DNA from: an uncultured Syntrophus sp.
Lineage (GTDB): Bacteria > Desulfobacterota > Syntrophia > Syntrophales > UBA8958
NCBI GenBank assembly: GCA_964571695.1
Contig: CAZNDG010000001.1
Span: 139,648-203,647, forward strand
Length of the DNA: 64,000 nucleotides
Reading direction: 5' to 3'
Position numbers and translations under genes: made by a program. Of this stretch, positions 54,387 to 63,470 are shown piece after piece. The notes beneath the pieces were generated by a model. The model did no database searches. It was not told the origin of the DNA and saw only the letters and a list, made by a program, of their open reading frames with translations. Within the stretch, counting starts at the first letter, position 1. Each line of letters starts with the position of its first letter.

Positions 54387-54555
54387 CTTCTCCTCCGGTA
54401 ATCGCGACCGTCAAATCGCTAATCACTTCCTTTGGTTTTTTCAGACGCCGCGCTCATTGGTTTCAATGATTTGTCAGTCGGAATTATCATATTTATCATG
54501 GTCTCATCAGCCCGGGCACTCATTGTTTTTGCTACTTGGCAAAACAAGGCGATCA

Positions 54556-54870
54556 TCATTCTTTTCGCTGTTTCATCAAGATATAAGCCCCCACCACAAT
54601 GAGCGCTACAGGAAGCAGATACTTGCCGAGGGCGTAAACCTGGACGCCGAATATCTCCGTAAGGAGGAAAATGACGCCTACGACAAGGATGATCCAACCG
54701 CCCAGATCCTTGACGTGCTGGATCAAGGTGCCCACAGCGATGACGATGAGCAGTACCGGCCAGCTCGCATTGAAGGACCAGATGCCCGTCTTGCCCAGGA
54801 TGATGAGGACGCCCAGGGTAATGAGAATCAGACCGCCGGTTATGGCGTGCATTGTCCCTTTTCTTTCCAT
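54556..54870 (-). CDS. Small integral membrane protein (3-4 TM)
   Basis: ORF track starts at 55011, inside the SPFH gene. I start at the ATG at 54868-54870 (MERKGTMHAITGGLILITLGVLIILGK...) with GAGGGGA upstream. The protein is highly hydrophobic. Confidence 0.55.
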   Translation of the reverse strand: MERKGTMHAITGGLILITLGVLIILGKTGIWSFNASWPVLLIVIAVGTLIQHVKDLGGWIILVVGVIFLLTEIFGVQVYALGKYLLPVALIVVGAYILMKQRKE

Positions 54871-54928
54871 TGTCCATCCCCTCATGCGTCCGGTCGTAAA
54901 CCTGCTGGTTGCCGGTTTTATTGAAGGA

Positions 54929-55678
54929 TCATTTATTGCCCTTCCCCAGGAAATGGCTGAACATATCGATGGGGATGGGGAACACCGTGGTGGAGTTGTT
55001 CTCCGAGGCAATCTGGTTCAGGGTCTGCAGATAGCGCAACTGCAGGGTAATGGGCTCCCGCGCCATAACCGATGCCGCCTCCATGAGCTTTTCCGCCGCC
55101 TGAAATTCGCCTTCCGCCGCAATGACCTTGGCCCGCCGTTCCCGTTCCGCCTCGGCCTGTTTTGCCATGGCCCGCTTCATCTCTTCCGGCAGATCGATAT
55201 GCTTCACCTCCACCAGGGTCACCTTGATTCCCCAAGGATCGGTGCTCCGGTCCAGGATCTCCTGAAGATGGAGGTTGATCTTCTCCCGCTCCGACAGGAT
55301 CTCGTCCAACTCTACCTGGCCGCAGACGCTCCGGAGGGTGGTCTGGGCAAGCTGTGACGTGGCATAGAGGAAGTTCTCCACCTCCGTTACCGCCGAATTG
55401 GCGTCCATAACCCGGAAATAGACCACGGCGTTGACCTTGATAGAAACATTATCCCGGGTGATGACATCCTGGGCGGGGACATCCATGGTGATGATCCGCA
55501 TATCCACCTTTACCATCTTGTCGATAACCGGGATGAGGATTATCAGACCGGGGCCTTTCATGTCGATGATCCTTCCCAGCCGGAAGATGACGGCCCGTTC
55601 GTACTCGTTCATGATCCTGATGGCCGAGGCCAAAAACATGATGATGAGAAAAACGATGATGGTAATCGTGTATGTCAT
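54929..55678 (-). CDS. SPFH/band-7 (stomatin-like, slipin) protein
   Basis: 249 aa. It has an N-terminal TM, then ...[17 protein letters not shown]...[25 protein letters not shown]... and the A/E-rich coiled tail [20 protein letters not shown]. Confidence 0.9.
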   Translation of the reverse strand: MTYTITIIVFLIIMFLASAIRIMNEYERAVIFRLGRIIDMKGPGLIILIPVIDKMVKVDMRIITMDVPAQDVITRDNVSIKVNAVVYFRVMDANSAVTEVENFLYATSQLAQTTLRSVCGQVELDEILSEREKINLHLQEILDRSTDPWGIKVTLVEVKHIDLPEEMKRAMAKQAEAERERRAKVIAAEGEFQAAEKLMEAASVMAREPITLQLRYLQTLNQIASENNSTTVFPIPIDMFSHFLGKGNK

Positions 55679-55695
55679 GTTGCTTCCCTCCTTAT

Positions 55696-57009
55696 TTATC
55701 TTTCCTTGGTTGCCGCCACCTTTATTTGCAAACCCTCGACCTTGACCACGGTGACCCTCGTCCCATGTTTAAGTGGCTCGTCGCTGTAGGCCGCCCAGTA
55801 TTCCCCTTTGACCATGACCTTGCCCTCGCCGTCGATGTCGGTTACCGCCTTGCCTGTCGCGCCGATCATCCCTTCCTTGCCCGTAAGCTTTTTCCGGACC
55901 TGGGCCTTGACCACCAGATAGATCACCCCGGCAAAGAAGAGGGAAATAATGGTCAAAGTCGGGATCATCACCCCCAGAGACACCCGCAGGGCCGGGTCCG
56001 GGGAGTCGAAAAGCATCAGAGAACCCACGGCGAGGGAGATGATTCCCCCGACGGTCAGTATCCCGTGACTGACCACCTTGATCTCGGCTATGAACAGCAC
56101 GATCCCGAACAGGATGAGCAGGACCGCGGCGTAATTCACCGGCAGGGTCTGCATGGCGAAAAACGCGAGGATCAGGGATATTCCTCCCACCACGCCGGGG
56201 AGGATGGCCCCGGGGTGGGAGAATTCGAAGTAGAGTCCCGCCAGCCCGAGCAGAAACAGGATATAGGCGATATTGGGATCGCTCAGGGTGGTAAGGATCC
56301 GTTGCCGGTGCCCCATCTTTTTCTCCATCAGGGTCGCTCCCGCCGTCTTCAAGACTCTTTTTTTGTCGCCTACGAGCACCTGCCTTCCCTCCGCCTGGGC
56401 AAGGAGATGGCGAATATCCGTGGCGACATAATCGATGACGTTGTTTTTCAGAGCCTCTTCAGCGGTGATGGACTCGCTTTTGCGTACCGCCTTTTCCACC
56501 CACTCCTCGTTTTTTCCCCGGATCTTGGCGATACTGCGGACATAGGCGGCGGCGTCATTGGCCACCTTTTCCATCATGGTCTTGTCGCCCGTTCCCCCGC
56601 CCAGACCTACGGGGTGGGCGGCGCCGATGTTCGTTCCCGGGGTCATGGCCGCCACGTGGGCCGCCACGGTGATGATAACACCGGCGGAGGCGGCGCGGGC
56701 GCCGGAGGGATATACATAGACCAGAACCGGCACCGGGGCGTTGAGGATTCCCTTGGCAATATCCCGCATGGAAAGATCGAGCCCCCCCGGGGTATCGAGG
56801 AGAATGATCAGGCCTTCCGCCCCTTCCTTGCCGGCGGAGGCAATATGCTGGAGGATGAATTCCGCCACCGGGGGCGTGATGGGACCGCTTACGGTAATCT
56901 GGTGAAAGGTGGGGGTCCGCTCCACGGCCGGGACATCCATACCGGAAACAAGCAGGAGCAGGAGCAGCGTCACCGTCAAACCGGCGCGTAAATAGCGTTT
57001 CTGAAACAT
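55696..57009 (-). CDS. NfeD-family membrane-bound serine protease (ClpP-class) with C-terminal OB domain
   Basis: 437 aa. It has a signal peptide, a ClpP-like domain (...[14 protein letters not shown]...[10 protein letters not shown]...), multiple TM segments and the C-terminal NfeD OB segment ...[20 protein letters not shown]. It is paired with the SPFH gene, as is typical. Confidence 0.85.
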   Translation of the reverse strand: MFQKRYLRAGLTVTLLLLLLVSGMDVPAVERTPTFHQITVSGPITPPVAEFILQHIASAGKEGAEGLIILLDTPGGLDLSMRDIAKGILNAPVPVLVYVYPSGARAASAGVIITVAAHVAAMTPGTNIGAAHPVGLGGGTGDKTMMEKVANDAAAYVRSIAKIRGKNEEWVEKAVRKSESITAEEALKNNVIDYVATDIRHLLAQAEGRQVLVGDKKRVLKTAGATLMEKKMGHRQRILTTLSDPNIAYILFLLGLAGLYFEFSHPGAILPGVVGGISLILAFFAMQTLPVNYAAVLLILFGIVLFIAEIKVVSHGILTVGGIISLAVGSLMLFDSPDPALRVSLGVMIPTLTIISLFFAGVIYLVVKAQVRKKLTGKEGMIGATGKAVTDIDGEGKVMVKGEYWAAYSDEPLKHGTRVTVVKVEGLQIKVAATKER

Positions 57010-57010
57010 T

Positions 57011-57871
57011 TCAACCTCCTTCGCCGTTCCCGGCTTCGAGGAGCCGCATAATCTGCTGGACGTCCTCCCACACCTGGCGCTTCTGGGCGGGATTCCTCAA
57101 GAGATAGGCCGGGTGATAGGTCGGCATCAGGGGAATGTCGTGATAGCTATGCCAGCGCCCCCGGAGGGTGGAGACGGGAGCTCCGGTCTTCAGGAGCGTC
57201 TGGGCGGCTATGGTCCCCAGGGCGCAGATCGCCCGGGGCCTGATGGCCTCTAATTGCCGGACCAGAAACGGCTCGCAGGCGGCGATCTCCGCGGGGGCGG
57301 GATTGCGGTTTCCCGGCGGCCGGCATTTGAGGATATTGCAGATGTAAACCTCCGGACGCTTCATCTTCATGGCCTCGATAATCCTCGTAAGGAGTTGACC
57401 CGCCCGGCCGACGAACGGCCTCCCCTGGGCGTCTTCATCGGCCCCGGGAGCCTCGCCGACAAATACCAGCGCCGCCTGGGGGTTCCCCTCTCCGAAGACG
57501 ATGTTCCTTCTCCCGAGATGAATCCGGCACCGCCGGCAGTCTCCCAATTCCCCGCGCAACTGTTCCAGATCCAGGGGAACAGCCGGTGGCTCCAAGGGGT
57601 TCGGAATCCGCTCTGGTTCCGTAGCTCCCATTATCACCGGGCGGGGTGCCCCAGCCGCGGGTTGCGGCGCCATCTCCAAAGGGTCGACCGGTGGCGATGC
57701 CGCCGAAAAAAATGCTTCGGACGCGGGGAGCGATGCCTGATCGATCGCCATTACGCCGTCTCCACCCGCACGGAATGAGATTGTATTCCGGCCGGCGGTC
57801 GCTTCCGCCTCGATATGGGCCCGCAGCGCCCCGATCAACAGGAGGAGTTCCTCTTTACCTTGAGCCGGCAT
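57011..57871 (-). CDS. udg: Uracil-DNA glycosylase, family 4, with ~100-aa N-terminal extension
   Basis: 286 aa. ...[50 protein letters not shown]... carries the family-4 GEAPG motif and Fe-S Cys residues. Confidence 0.85.
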   Translation of the reverse strand: MPAQGKEELLLLIGALRAHIEAEATAGRNTISFRAGGDGVMAIDQASLPASEAFFSAASPPVDPLEMAPQPAAGAPRPVIMGATEPERIPNPLEPPAVPLDLEQLRGELGDCRRCRIHLGRRNIVFGEGNPQAALVFVGEAPGADEDAQGRPFVGRAGQLLTRIIEAMKMKRPEVYICNILKCRPPGNRNPAPAEIAACEPFLVRQLEAIRPRAICALGTIAAQTLLKTGAPVSTLRGRWHSYHDIPLMPTYHPAYLLRNPAQKRQVWEDVQQIMRLLEAGNGEGG

Positions 57872-59054
57872 CTATGAGCCCCTTGACCCGGTCCAGAATC
57901 CTGGCCGCGATGTCGAGTTTGTCCATGAGGGGGACTGTTTCGACCCCTCCCTGGAGATCGAGAATCTTGATGATGTTGGTGTCTGATTGGAAACCCGCCC
58001 CGGACTGGTGAAGATCGTTGGCCACGATCAGATCCATATTTTTGGCAAAGAGTTTGGCCTTCGCGTTGGCCAGGAGATCTTCGGATTCCATGGCAAACCC
58101 CACGACCACGCGTTTTTCTTTTTTCGCGCCGATTTCGGCGATGATATCAGGATTTCTTTCCAGAACGATGGTCAAGGGACCCCGCTTTTTCTTTATCTTA
58201 TTCCCGGCGCGCGAGGCCGGACGATAATCCGCCACGGCCGCCGCCTTGATGACCACTGTGGCGGCTTCGAGGCGGCTCATGACGGCGTCGCGCATCTCCA
58301 AGGCGCTCTCCACGGAAACGAAATCGACCCCATAGGGGACGGGCAAGGCCGTGGGACCGCTGACAAGGATCACCTCCGCCCCGCGTCGCCGGGCCATGTT
58401 CGCCAGGGCGTAGCCCATCTTTCCCGATGAGTAGTTGGTAATGAATCGGACGGGATCGAATGGCTCCCGGGTGGGCCCGGCGGTGACGAGAATCTTTTCC
58501 CCGGCCAGATCCTTATCCGTCCAGGCCGACTCGATAGCCTCGACAATCGTCTCCAGTTCGGCCAGCCTTCCGATCCCGGCGGTCTTGCACGCCAGTTCGC
58601 CGCAGCCCGGCGACACGATATTGACACCCCTTTTCTGCAGAATCCCGATATTTTTCTGTACCGCCGGATGGGTGTACATGTTGTCGTTCATGGCCGGGCA
58701 GACGACCACCGGCGCCCGGGCGGCCAGGAGGACCGTGGAAAGCAAATCGTCGGCGATACCCGCCGCCATCTTCCCGATGATATTGGCGGTGGCCGGCGCC
58801 ACGACGATCACATCCCCGTAGGCCGCCAAAGAGATATGGTTCAGATCGTAATGTTCCTGGGAAAAAAGATCGCTGAAAACAGGATGGCCCGTAAGGGTCT
58901 GAAAGGTCAGGGGCGTGATGAATTCCTTGGCATGTTCCGTCATCACCACCATGACGGCAATATCTTTTTTCGCCAGCAATCTTACCAGTTCGGCCGCCTT
59001 GTACGCGGCGATACCGCCGGTGACGCCGAGAACCGCCTTTTTTCCTGCCGCCAT
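57855..59054 (-). CDS. coaBC: Bifunctional phosphopantothenoylcysteine decarboxylase/phosphopantothenate-cysteine ligase
   Basis: 399 aa. ...VLGVTGGIAAYKAAELVRLL...PAMNDNMY...ITAGPTREPFDPVRFITNYSSGKMG... It overlaps udg by 17 nt. Confidence 0.95.
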   Translation of the reverse strand: MAAGKKAVLGVTGGIAAYKAAELVRLLAKKDIAVMVVMTEHAKEFITPLTFQTLTGHPVFSDLFSQEHYDLNHISLAAYGDVIVVAPATANIIGKMAAGIADDLLSTVLLAARAPVVVCPAMNDNMYTHPAVQKNIGILQKRGVNIVSPGCGELACKTAGIGRLAELETIVEAIESAWTDKDLAGEKILVTAGPTREPFDPVRFITNYSSGKMGYALANMARRRGAEVILVSGPTALPVPYGVDFVSVESALEMRDAVMSRLEAATVVIKAAAVADYRPASRAGNKIKKKRGPLTIVLERNPDIIAEIGAKKEKRVVVGFAMESEDLLANAKAKLFAKNMDLIVANDLHQSGAGFQSDTNIIKILDLQGGVETVPLMDKLDIAARILDRVKGLIDAGSR

Positions 59055-59251
59055 CTTTTCCGCCCCCTCCCGATTGGCCGCTATTTTACGGCGACTATAG
59101 CAATAATGACCGCCAAGATCAAGGTAAGGAATACATCCTTTACGCTTTATCTATGACTTGCAAAAGCCGGAGAAAATAACTATAGATCGGAAAGTGTTTT
59201 TCCGCGTTTCCACATCGCCGACAATAAAATAATTCTATTTACAGGAAGGCC

Positions 59252-60580
59252 ATGAAGACCTACAAGATCTATTTTTTCACCGGAGCGGTTATCATCATCA
59301 GTGCCCTCGCCTGGTGGTTCTTCGCCACCATCGGTGAATTCGGCGCCCCCCGTATTGAATTGATGCAGGACCTTCGCGGCATCGGCCCGCGCACGGTTTT
59401 GGAAATCACCTTTTCCGATACCGGCAGCGGCCTCCGGGAAACTGCCGTTACCCTCACCCAGGATAACCAGCCCCGGGTGCTTTCGAAACTGGAATTCTCC
59501 GGTCCCAAGACAAAACGCCACGTCGTTTCGATCCCCATCGATCCCCAGGCGCTCAGGCTCCATGACGGCCCGGCCACCCTGACCTTAACGGCGACGGATC
59601 ATGCCCTGTGGAAGAATTCCACCGCCGTCAACCGCCTGGTGAATGTCGACGTCATCCCACCGCAGATCTTTTTGCTCACCCCGGTGACGCACATCAATCC
59701 CGGCGGCACCGGGATGGTGCTCTTCCGCATCTCCAAGACTGTACCGGTAGCGGGGATCCGGGTAAATGACTTAAACTTCCCGGCCTATCCCGCAACGATC
59801 AACAATAAACCCTGCCTGATTGCCTATTTTGCCCTGCCCGTCTCCGCGGCATCCCAGGTAACGGCCATAAAGCTGTACGCCCGCGATGAGGGGGGAAACG
59901 AAGCATGGCAGAACCTGCCCCATCTCCTCCTCAAGAAGAAATTCCGGAGCGATCGGATGAACACCTCCGATTCTTTCCTGCAGCAAAAGATGCCCGAATT
60001 CGTCGCCCAGAATCCCGCCCTGGCGGGAAAATCCCTTCTTGATGCATTTATCCATGTCAACGGCGTCTTGCGGGGAGAGAATTTTCGGACCATCCAATCC
60101 GTATGCGCAAAATCCGTCCCCCGGCAGCTCTGGGAAGGGACATTTCTCCGGATGAAGGACGCGGCCCCCATGGCCCAGTTCGGAGATCACCGCATCTACT
60201 ATCATGGCGACAAACCCATCGGAGAAAGCACGCACCTGGGAGTGGATCTGGCCTCCACGGCCAACGCCCCCATCGAAGCCGCCAACAGCGGCATAATTTC
60301 CTATACCGGTTATTTGGGCATCTACGGCAACATGGTCATGATCGACCACGGGCTGGGGCTCTTCAGCCTGTATGCCCACTTGTCGAGCATCGAAGTGAAA
60401 ACCGGGCAGGAGGTAAAAAAAGGGGCGGTACTGGGGAGAAGCGGCCTCACCGGTTTGGCCGGCGGTGATCATTTGCATTTTTCCATCCTGGTGGGGGGGC
60501 AATTCGTGAATCCTACGGAGTGGTGGGACCCTCACTGGATCCAGGACAACATCACCAAGAAGATGGACGTCTCTTTTTAA
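59252..60580 (+). CDS. M23 family metallopeptidase (membrane-anchored)
   Basis: 442 aa with an N-terminal TM. The C-terminal LytM motifs are HLGVDLAS (HxxxD) and GDHLHFSI (HxH). Confidence 0.85.
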   Translation: MKTYKIYFFTGAVIIISALAWWFFATIGEFGAPRIELMQDLRGIGPRTVLEITFSDTGSGLRETAVTLTQDNQPRVLSKLEFSGPKTKRHVVSIPIDPQALRLHDGPATLTLTATDHALWKNSTAVNRLVNVDVIPPQIFLLTPVTHINPGGTGMVLFRISKTVPVAGIRVNDLNFPAYPATINNKPCLIAYFALPVSAASQVTAIKLYARDEGGNEAWQNLPHLLLKKKFRSDRMNTSDSFLQQKMPEFVAQNPALAGKSLLDAFIHVNGVLRGENFRTIQSVCAKSVPRQLWEGTFLRMKDAAPMAQFGDHRIYYHGDKPIGESTHLGVDLASTANAPIEAANSGIISYTGYLGIYGNMVMIDHGLGLFSLYAHLSSIEVKTGQEVKKGAVLGRSGLTGLAGGDHLHFSILVGGQFVNPTEWWDPHWIQDNITKKMDVSF

Positions 60581-60608
60581 ACACGGGGCTGCGATCGGTC
60601 ACGGTGAG

Positions 60609-60794
60609 TAAATCATCACGACGAGAGCTTCACTGCGGGAAAATGGTTCGCAAGCAGCGAATCAAATGTTTTTCGACCATTTCGGAGTTGAGCTTAACAC
60701 CCGGTATTGGATAAGATTTATACGTCACCCATTGAGAAGCGAAAAGATTTCTGAGCCGCGGCAAAGCCATTTTTCAAAGGCCTAACGACTTCTT
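60609..60794. repeat. ~190-bp long-hairpin repeat element, copy B (partner at 28782..28975)
   Basis: It has the same orientation and the same relative position as copy A, starting about 30 nt after the stop of a plus-strand gene. See copy A for the shared blocks. Confidence 0.7.
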
Positions 60795-60796
60795 GA

Positions 60797-60821
60797 AGGA
60801 GGATTTTCCTTCTCCTTTTTT
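60797..60821 (+). terminator. Weak intrinsic-terminator-like hairpin + T6
   Basis: AGGAGG-ATTTT-CCTTCT forms a 6-bp stem including one G-U pair, followed by TTTTTT (60816-60821). It lies immediately after repeat copy B. Confidence 0.35.
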
Positions 60822-60947
60822 GGGTTTGGTCAGCGGGGAAGGGGTTAAGGCTTGGTTTGGTATTGAAGGGGGAGAGGACCGCGAGATTTATGCGAGAGTG
60901 CATATAATCTTCATTGTCCGAAGAGCGCCGCTATCTCCCCAGGTCCT

Positions 60948-61805
60948 TCAGCTTTTCCCGATGTCCCGGTGGTTGGCATGGATATTGTAACCCTTGTCGG
61001 AGAAATATGCGGCCAGTTCGTTGGCCATGGCGACGGAACGATGTTTTCCCCCGGTACAGCCGAGGGCGATATGGAGCTGTACCTTGCCTTCCTTTTCATA
61101 CAGAGGCAATAGAAAAGACATGAGGGCAAATAGCTTTTCAATAAACCGCCGTCCCTCATCGGAGGCCAGGATGTAATCCCGCACCGCCGGATGATGTCCG
61201 TCGTGTTTTTTCAAGGAATCCACAAAATACGGATTGGGGAGAAAGCGAACGTCCAGGACGATGTCCGCATCCACGGGGATACCATAGCGGTATCCGAAGG
61301 ATGTCACGTGAACGATCAGCCGCTTTTCCGACCCGGGTGACAGGAAGATCCTCTGCACGGTGTCTTTCAACTGATGGACGTTGGAGGACGTGCTGTCGAT
61401 GATCTTATCAGCCATCAGCTTCAGCGGCGCCAGTTTTTGCCGCTCCAGCGCGATGCCCTCCATAATCGACCCCTTCACTGCCAGCGGATGACTACGCCGC
61501 GTTTCACTGAACCGATGCAGCAAGGCCTCGTCCCCGGCATCCAGAAACAGGATCTCAATGACATAGCCCTGCTCCCGGAGGCGTTTGAAGATCCGGGGGT
61601 ATTTTTCCAGGAAGCCCTGTTCCCGCAAATCCATGACCATGGCCACCTTGGAGATCATTTTGGAAGGATCGGACTGGATATTCAAGAATTTCGGCAGCAG
61701 GACGATCGGCAGATTATCCACGCAAAAAAAACCGAGATCCTCCAAAGCCCGCAGAGCGGTACTCTTGCCGGAACCAGACATCCCGGTGATCACCACAATC
61801 TGCAT
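60948..61805 (-). CDS. rapZ: RNase adapter protein RapZ (P-loop NTPase)
   Basis: ORF track starts at 61880, inside hprK. I start at the ATG at 61803-61805 ([33 protein letters not shown]...). The C-terminus reads ...[13 protein letters not shown].... Confidence 0.9.
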   Translation of the reverse strand: MQIVVITGMSGSGKSTALRALEDLGFFCVDNLPIVLLPKFLNIQSDPSKMISKVAMVMDLREQGFLEKYPRIFKRLREQGYVIEILFLDAGDEALLHRFSETRRSHPLAVKGSIMEGIALERQKLAPLKLMADKIIDSTSSNVHQLKDTVQRIFLSPGSEKRLIVHVTSFGYRYGIPVDADIVLDVRFLPNPYFVDSLKKHDGHHPAVRDYILASDEGRRFIEKLFALMSFLLPLYEKEGKVQLHIALGCTGGKHRSVAMANELAAYFSDKGYNIHANHRDIGKS

Positions 61806-61806
61806 C

Positions 61807-62274
61807 TCATCCCTCCTTGCTGCCCTCCCGGCATCGGAGTCGCCGGATGATCCTCGGCACGGTGTTTCGAACGTCGTCATCGACCATAACGGACAAAAAA
61901 ACGACCCTCAAATCCATGGACTTCCAGATTTCACCTACGGTTATATATTTTTCCGTCGTATTTTCATTTTTTTTGATCAGTTCCACAATAAAATTGATCC
62001 GGCACTCCGGAATGGTGTGAAATGACGGAAACATCCGGGTGACGGCGAAGATGCCTTTCGACGGCAACCAGGCAAGTCCGCGTATCCTCTCATGGGCTTT
62101 GCCCAGGGGACGGCGGTCGTCGCCAATGCTTAGTTCCACAAGATCGTCGGCCACCCATACGCCTCCCCTGCGGACTATTTCCAGGGCACAGGTCGTCTTC
62201 CCGGCACCGCTATCTCCCACCAGCAGAACTCCCCGTCCCATCCATTGGATAAGGCAACCGTGAATATTCTTCAT
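61807..62274 (-). CDS. hprK: Short HPr kinase/phosphorylase (C-terminal catalytic domain only)
   Basis: 155 aa. ...[34 protein letters not shown]... is the Walker A of HprK. The N-terminal domain of Firmicutes-type HprK is absent. Confidence 0.8.
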   Translation of the reverse strand: MKNIHGCLIQWMGRGVLLVGDSGAGKTTCALEIVRRGGVWVADDLVELSIGDDRRPLGKAHERIRGLAWLPSKGIFAVTRMFPSFHTIPECRINFIVELIKKNENTTEKYITVGEIWKSMDLRVVFLSVMVDDDVRNTVPRIIRRLRCREGSKEG

Positions 62275-62373
62275 GGTTCTATCCGCTTCCCAGGGTTATT
62301 CACTGCTGTAAGGGCAGATCCCGACGAAAGCAAACCGCTTTTTCCGAAGATGGGCAACTACGATACAGACCGA

Positions 62374-62844
62374 TCAGCAGGATTCATCCTTGTTGATGAT
62401 AACCTGCATGATCTCGTCCCTGGACCGGGCGGCAAGGAGATCGTTGCGAAAAGCACCATCTTTCAGCATTTTAGACAGTTTGGCTAACATTTTCAGGTGC
62501 TGACCCGCCGCGTTTTCCGGCGCGAGAAGGAGAAAGAACAGATGGACGGGCCGACCGTCCATGGCATTGAAATCGAGACCTTCCTGGCTGATTCCGAAGG
62601 AGATGGTCAATTCATCTATGGTGGCGAGTTTCCCATGGGGGATGGCGATGCCGTCACCGATTCCGGTACTCCCCAGTTTTTCTCTCCCCAAAAGGACATT
62701 CACCGTTGCCTCGGCGTCATAACCCGGCCTGCCGGTCAGGATGACGGCGGCCAGTTCCTCCAGGACATCACGTTTGTTCCGGGACGACAATTGCTCGATT
62801 ATGAAGTCCTTTTTCAGTATTTCCGCAATCTTCATCTGCATCAT
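62374..62844 (-). CDS. ptsN: PTS IIA-Ntr (nitrogen regulatory EIIA)
   Basis: The ORF track start at 62985 overlaps hpf. The likely start is one of the Met codons at 62844, 62841 or 62835 (..MMQMKIAEILKKDFII...). The phospho-His context is GIGDGIAIPHGK. Confidence 0.85.
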   Translation of the reverse strand: MMQMKIAEILKKDFIIEQLSSRNKRDVLEELAAVILTGRPGYDAEATVNVLLGREKLGSTGIGDGIAIPHGKLATIDELTISFGISQEGLDFNAMDGRPVHLFFLLLAPENAAGQHLKMLAKLSKMLKDGAFRNDLLAARSRDEIMQVIINKDESC

Positions 62845-62851
62845 CTCAAGT

Positions 62852-63391
62852 TTAGCTGTTGGTCTCGACCAGAACGTAATTGCCGTCGTCCCGCCGATAT
62901 ATGACGGCAACATTTTCCGTCGCGGTATCACGGAAGATGATAAAGAGGTTTTTCGATGCCTCCAGTTCCATAATCGCATCGTCATGGGACATGGGGTTCA
63001 AGATTGCCTTACGGGTCTCCACGAATCGGGGCTCATGGATGTCTTCCAGTCCCGCTTCCGGGACACTTTCAAATATGCTCTCCCCGGCCTTGACGCCGGC
63101 GCCCTTGTGAATTCGCATCTTTTCGCGATGCTTCTTCAACTGCCGCTCGATTTTCTCCACCGCCTCGTCAATGGCCAGCGCCATCTCTTTTGACTCTTCC
63201 CTGGCATTTACAATCATACCGTTGTCCGTGAGATTGATTTCCGCCACATTCCGGAATTTTTCCACCGAGAGCACCACCCTTACATCCACCGGACGATCGA
63301 GGTATTTTTTCAGCTTGCCGAGTTTCTCTTCCACATAATTCTTGAACCACTCTTCCCCGTCTGTATTTCTGAAGGTCACAGAGATCTTCAT
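62852..63391 (-). CDS. hpf: Ribosome hibernation promoting factor (long form)
   Basis: 179 aa. MKISVTFRNTDGEEWFKNYVEEKLGKLKKYLDRPVDVRVVLSVEKF... plus a C-terminal dimerisation domain. It lies directly downstream of rpoN. Confidence 0.9.
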   Translation of the reverse strand: MKISVTFRNTDGEEWFKNYVEEKLGKLKKYLDRPVDVRVVLSVEKFRNVAEINLTDNGMIVNAREESKEMALAIDEAVEKIERQLKKHREKMRIHKGAGVKAGESIFESVPEAGLEDIHEPRFVETRKAILNPMSHDDAIMELEASKNLFIIFRDTATENVAVIYRRDDGNYVLVETNS

Positions 63392-63470
63392 TCTTTCCTC
63401 CCGTTGTTTTACTTGTAAAAAGGTTTTGTGCTATATTGGTGTCGCCGGAAAAAGTCAACCCTTTTTTGTT

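Noticed and set aside
55672-56991. A 439-aa plus-strand ORF.
   Set aside because: It is antisense to nfeD. It is extremely G/H/R/D-rich with no motifs, so I treat it as spurious.
22000-60000. A visible GC heterogeneity considered as evidence of horizontal transfer. The signalling genes at ~22-35 kb are AT-richer, and the autotransporter-to-coaBC stretch is GC-richer.
   Set aside because: I only spot-counted two 60-nt lines (21/60 and 43/60 G+C) and cannot compute windows or codon adaptation here. Gly/Ala-rich passenger repeats inflate GC. No mobility genes support transfer. A sliding-window calculation is needed before any claim.
28782-60794. The two direct copies of the ~190-bp element considered as boundaries of a 32-kb genomic island.
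   Set aside because: The interior holds housekeeping genes (coaBC, sdaA, udg). I saw no integrase, transposase or conjugation genes and no tRNA at either end. The element is itself a palindrome located just after gene stops, which fits a dispersed intergenic repeat better.
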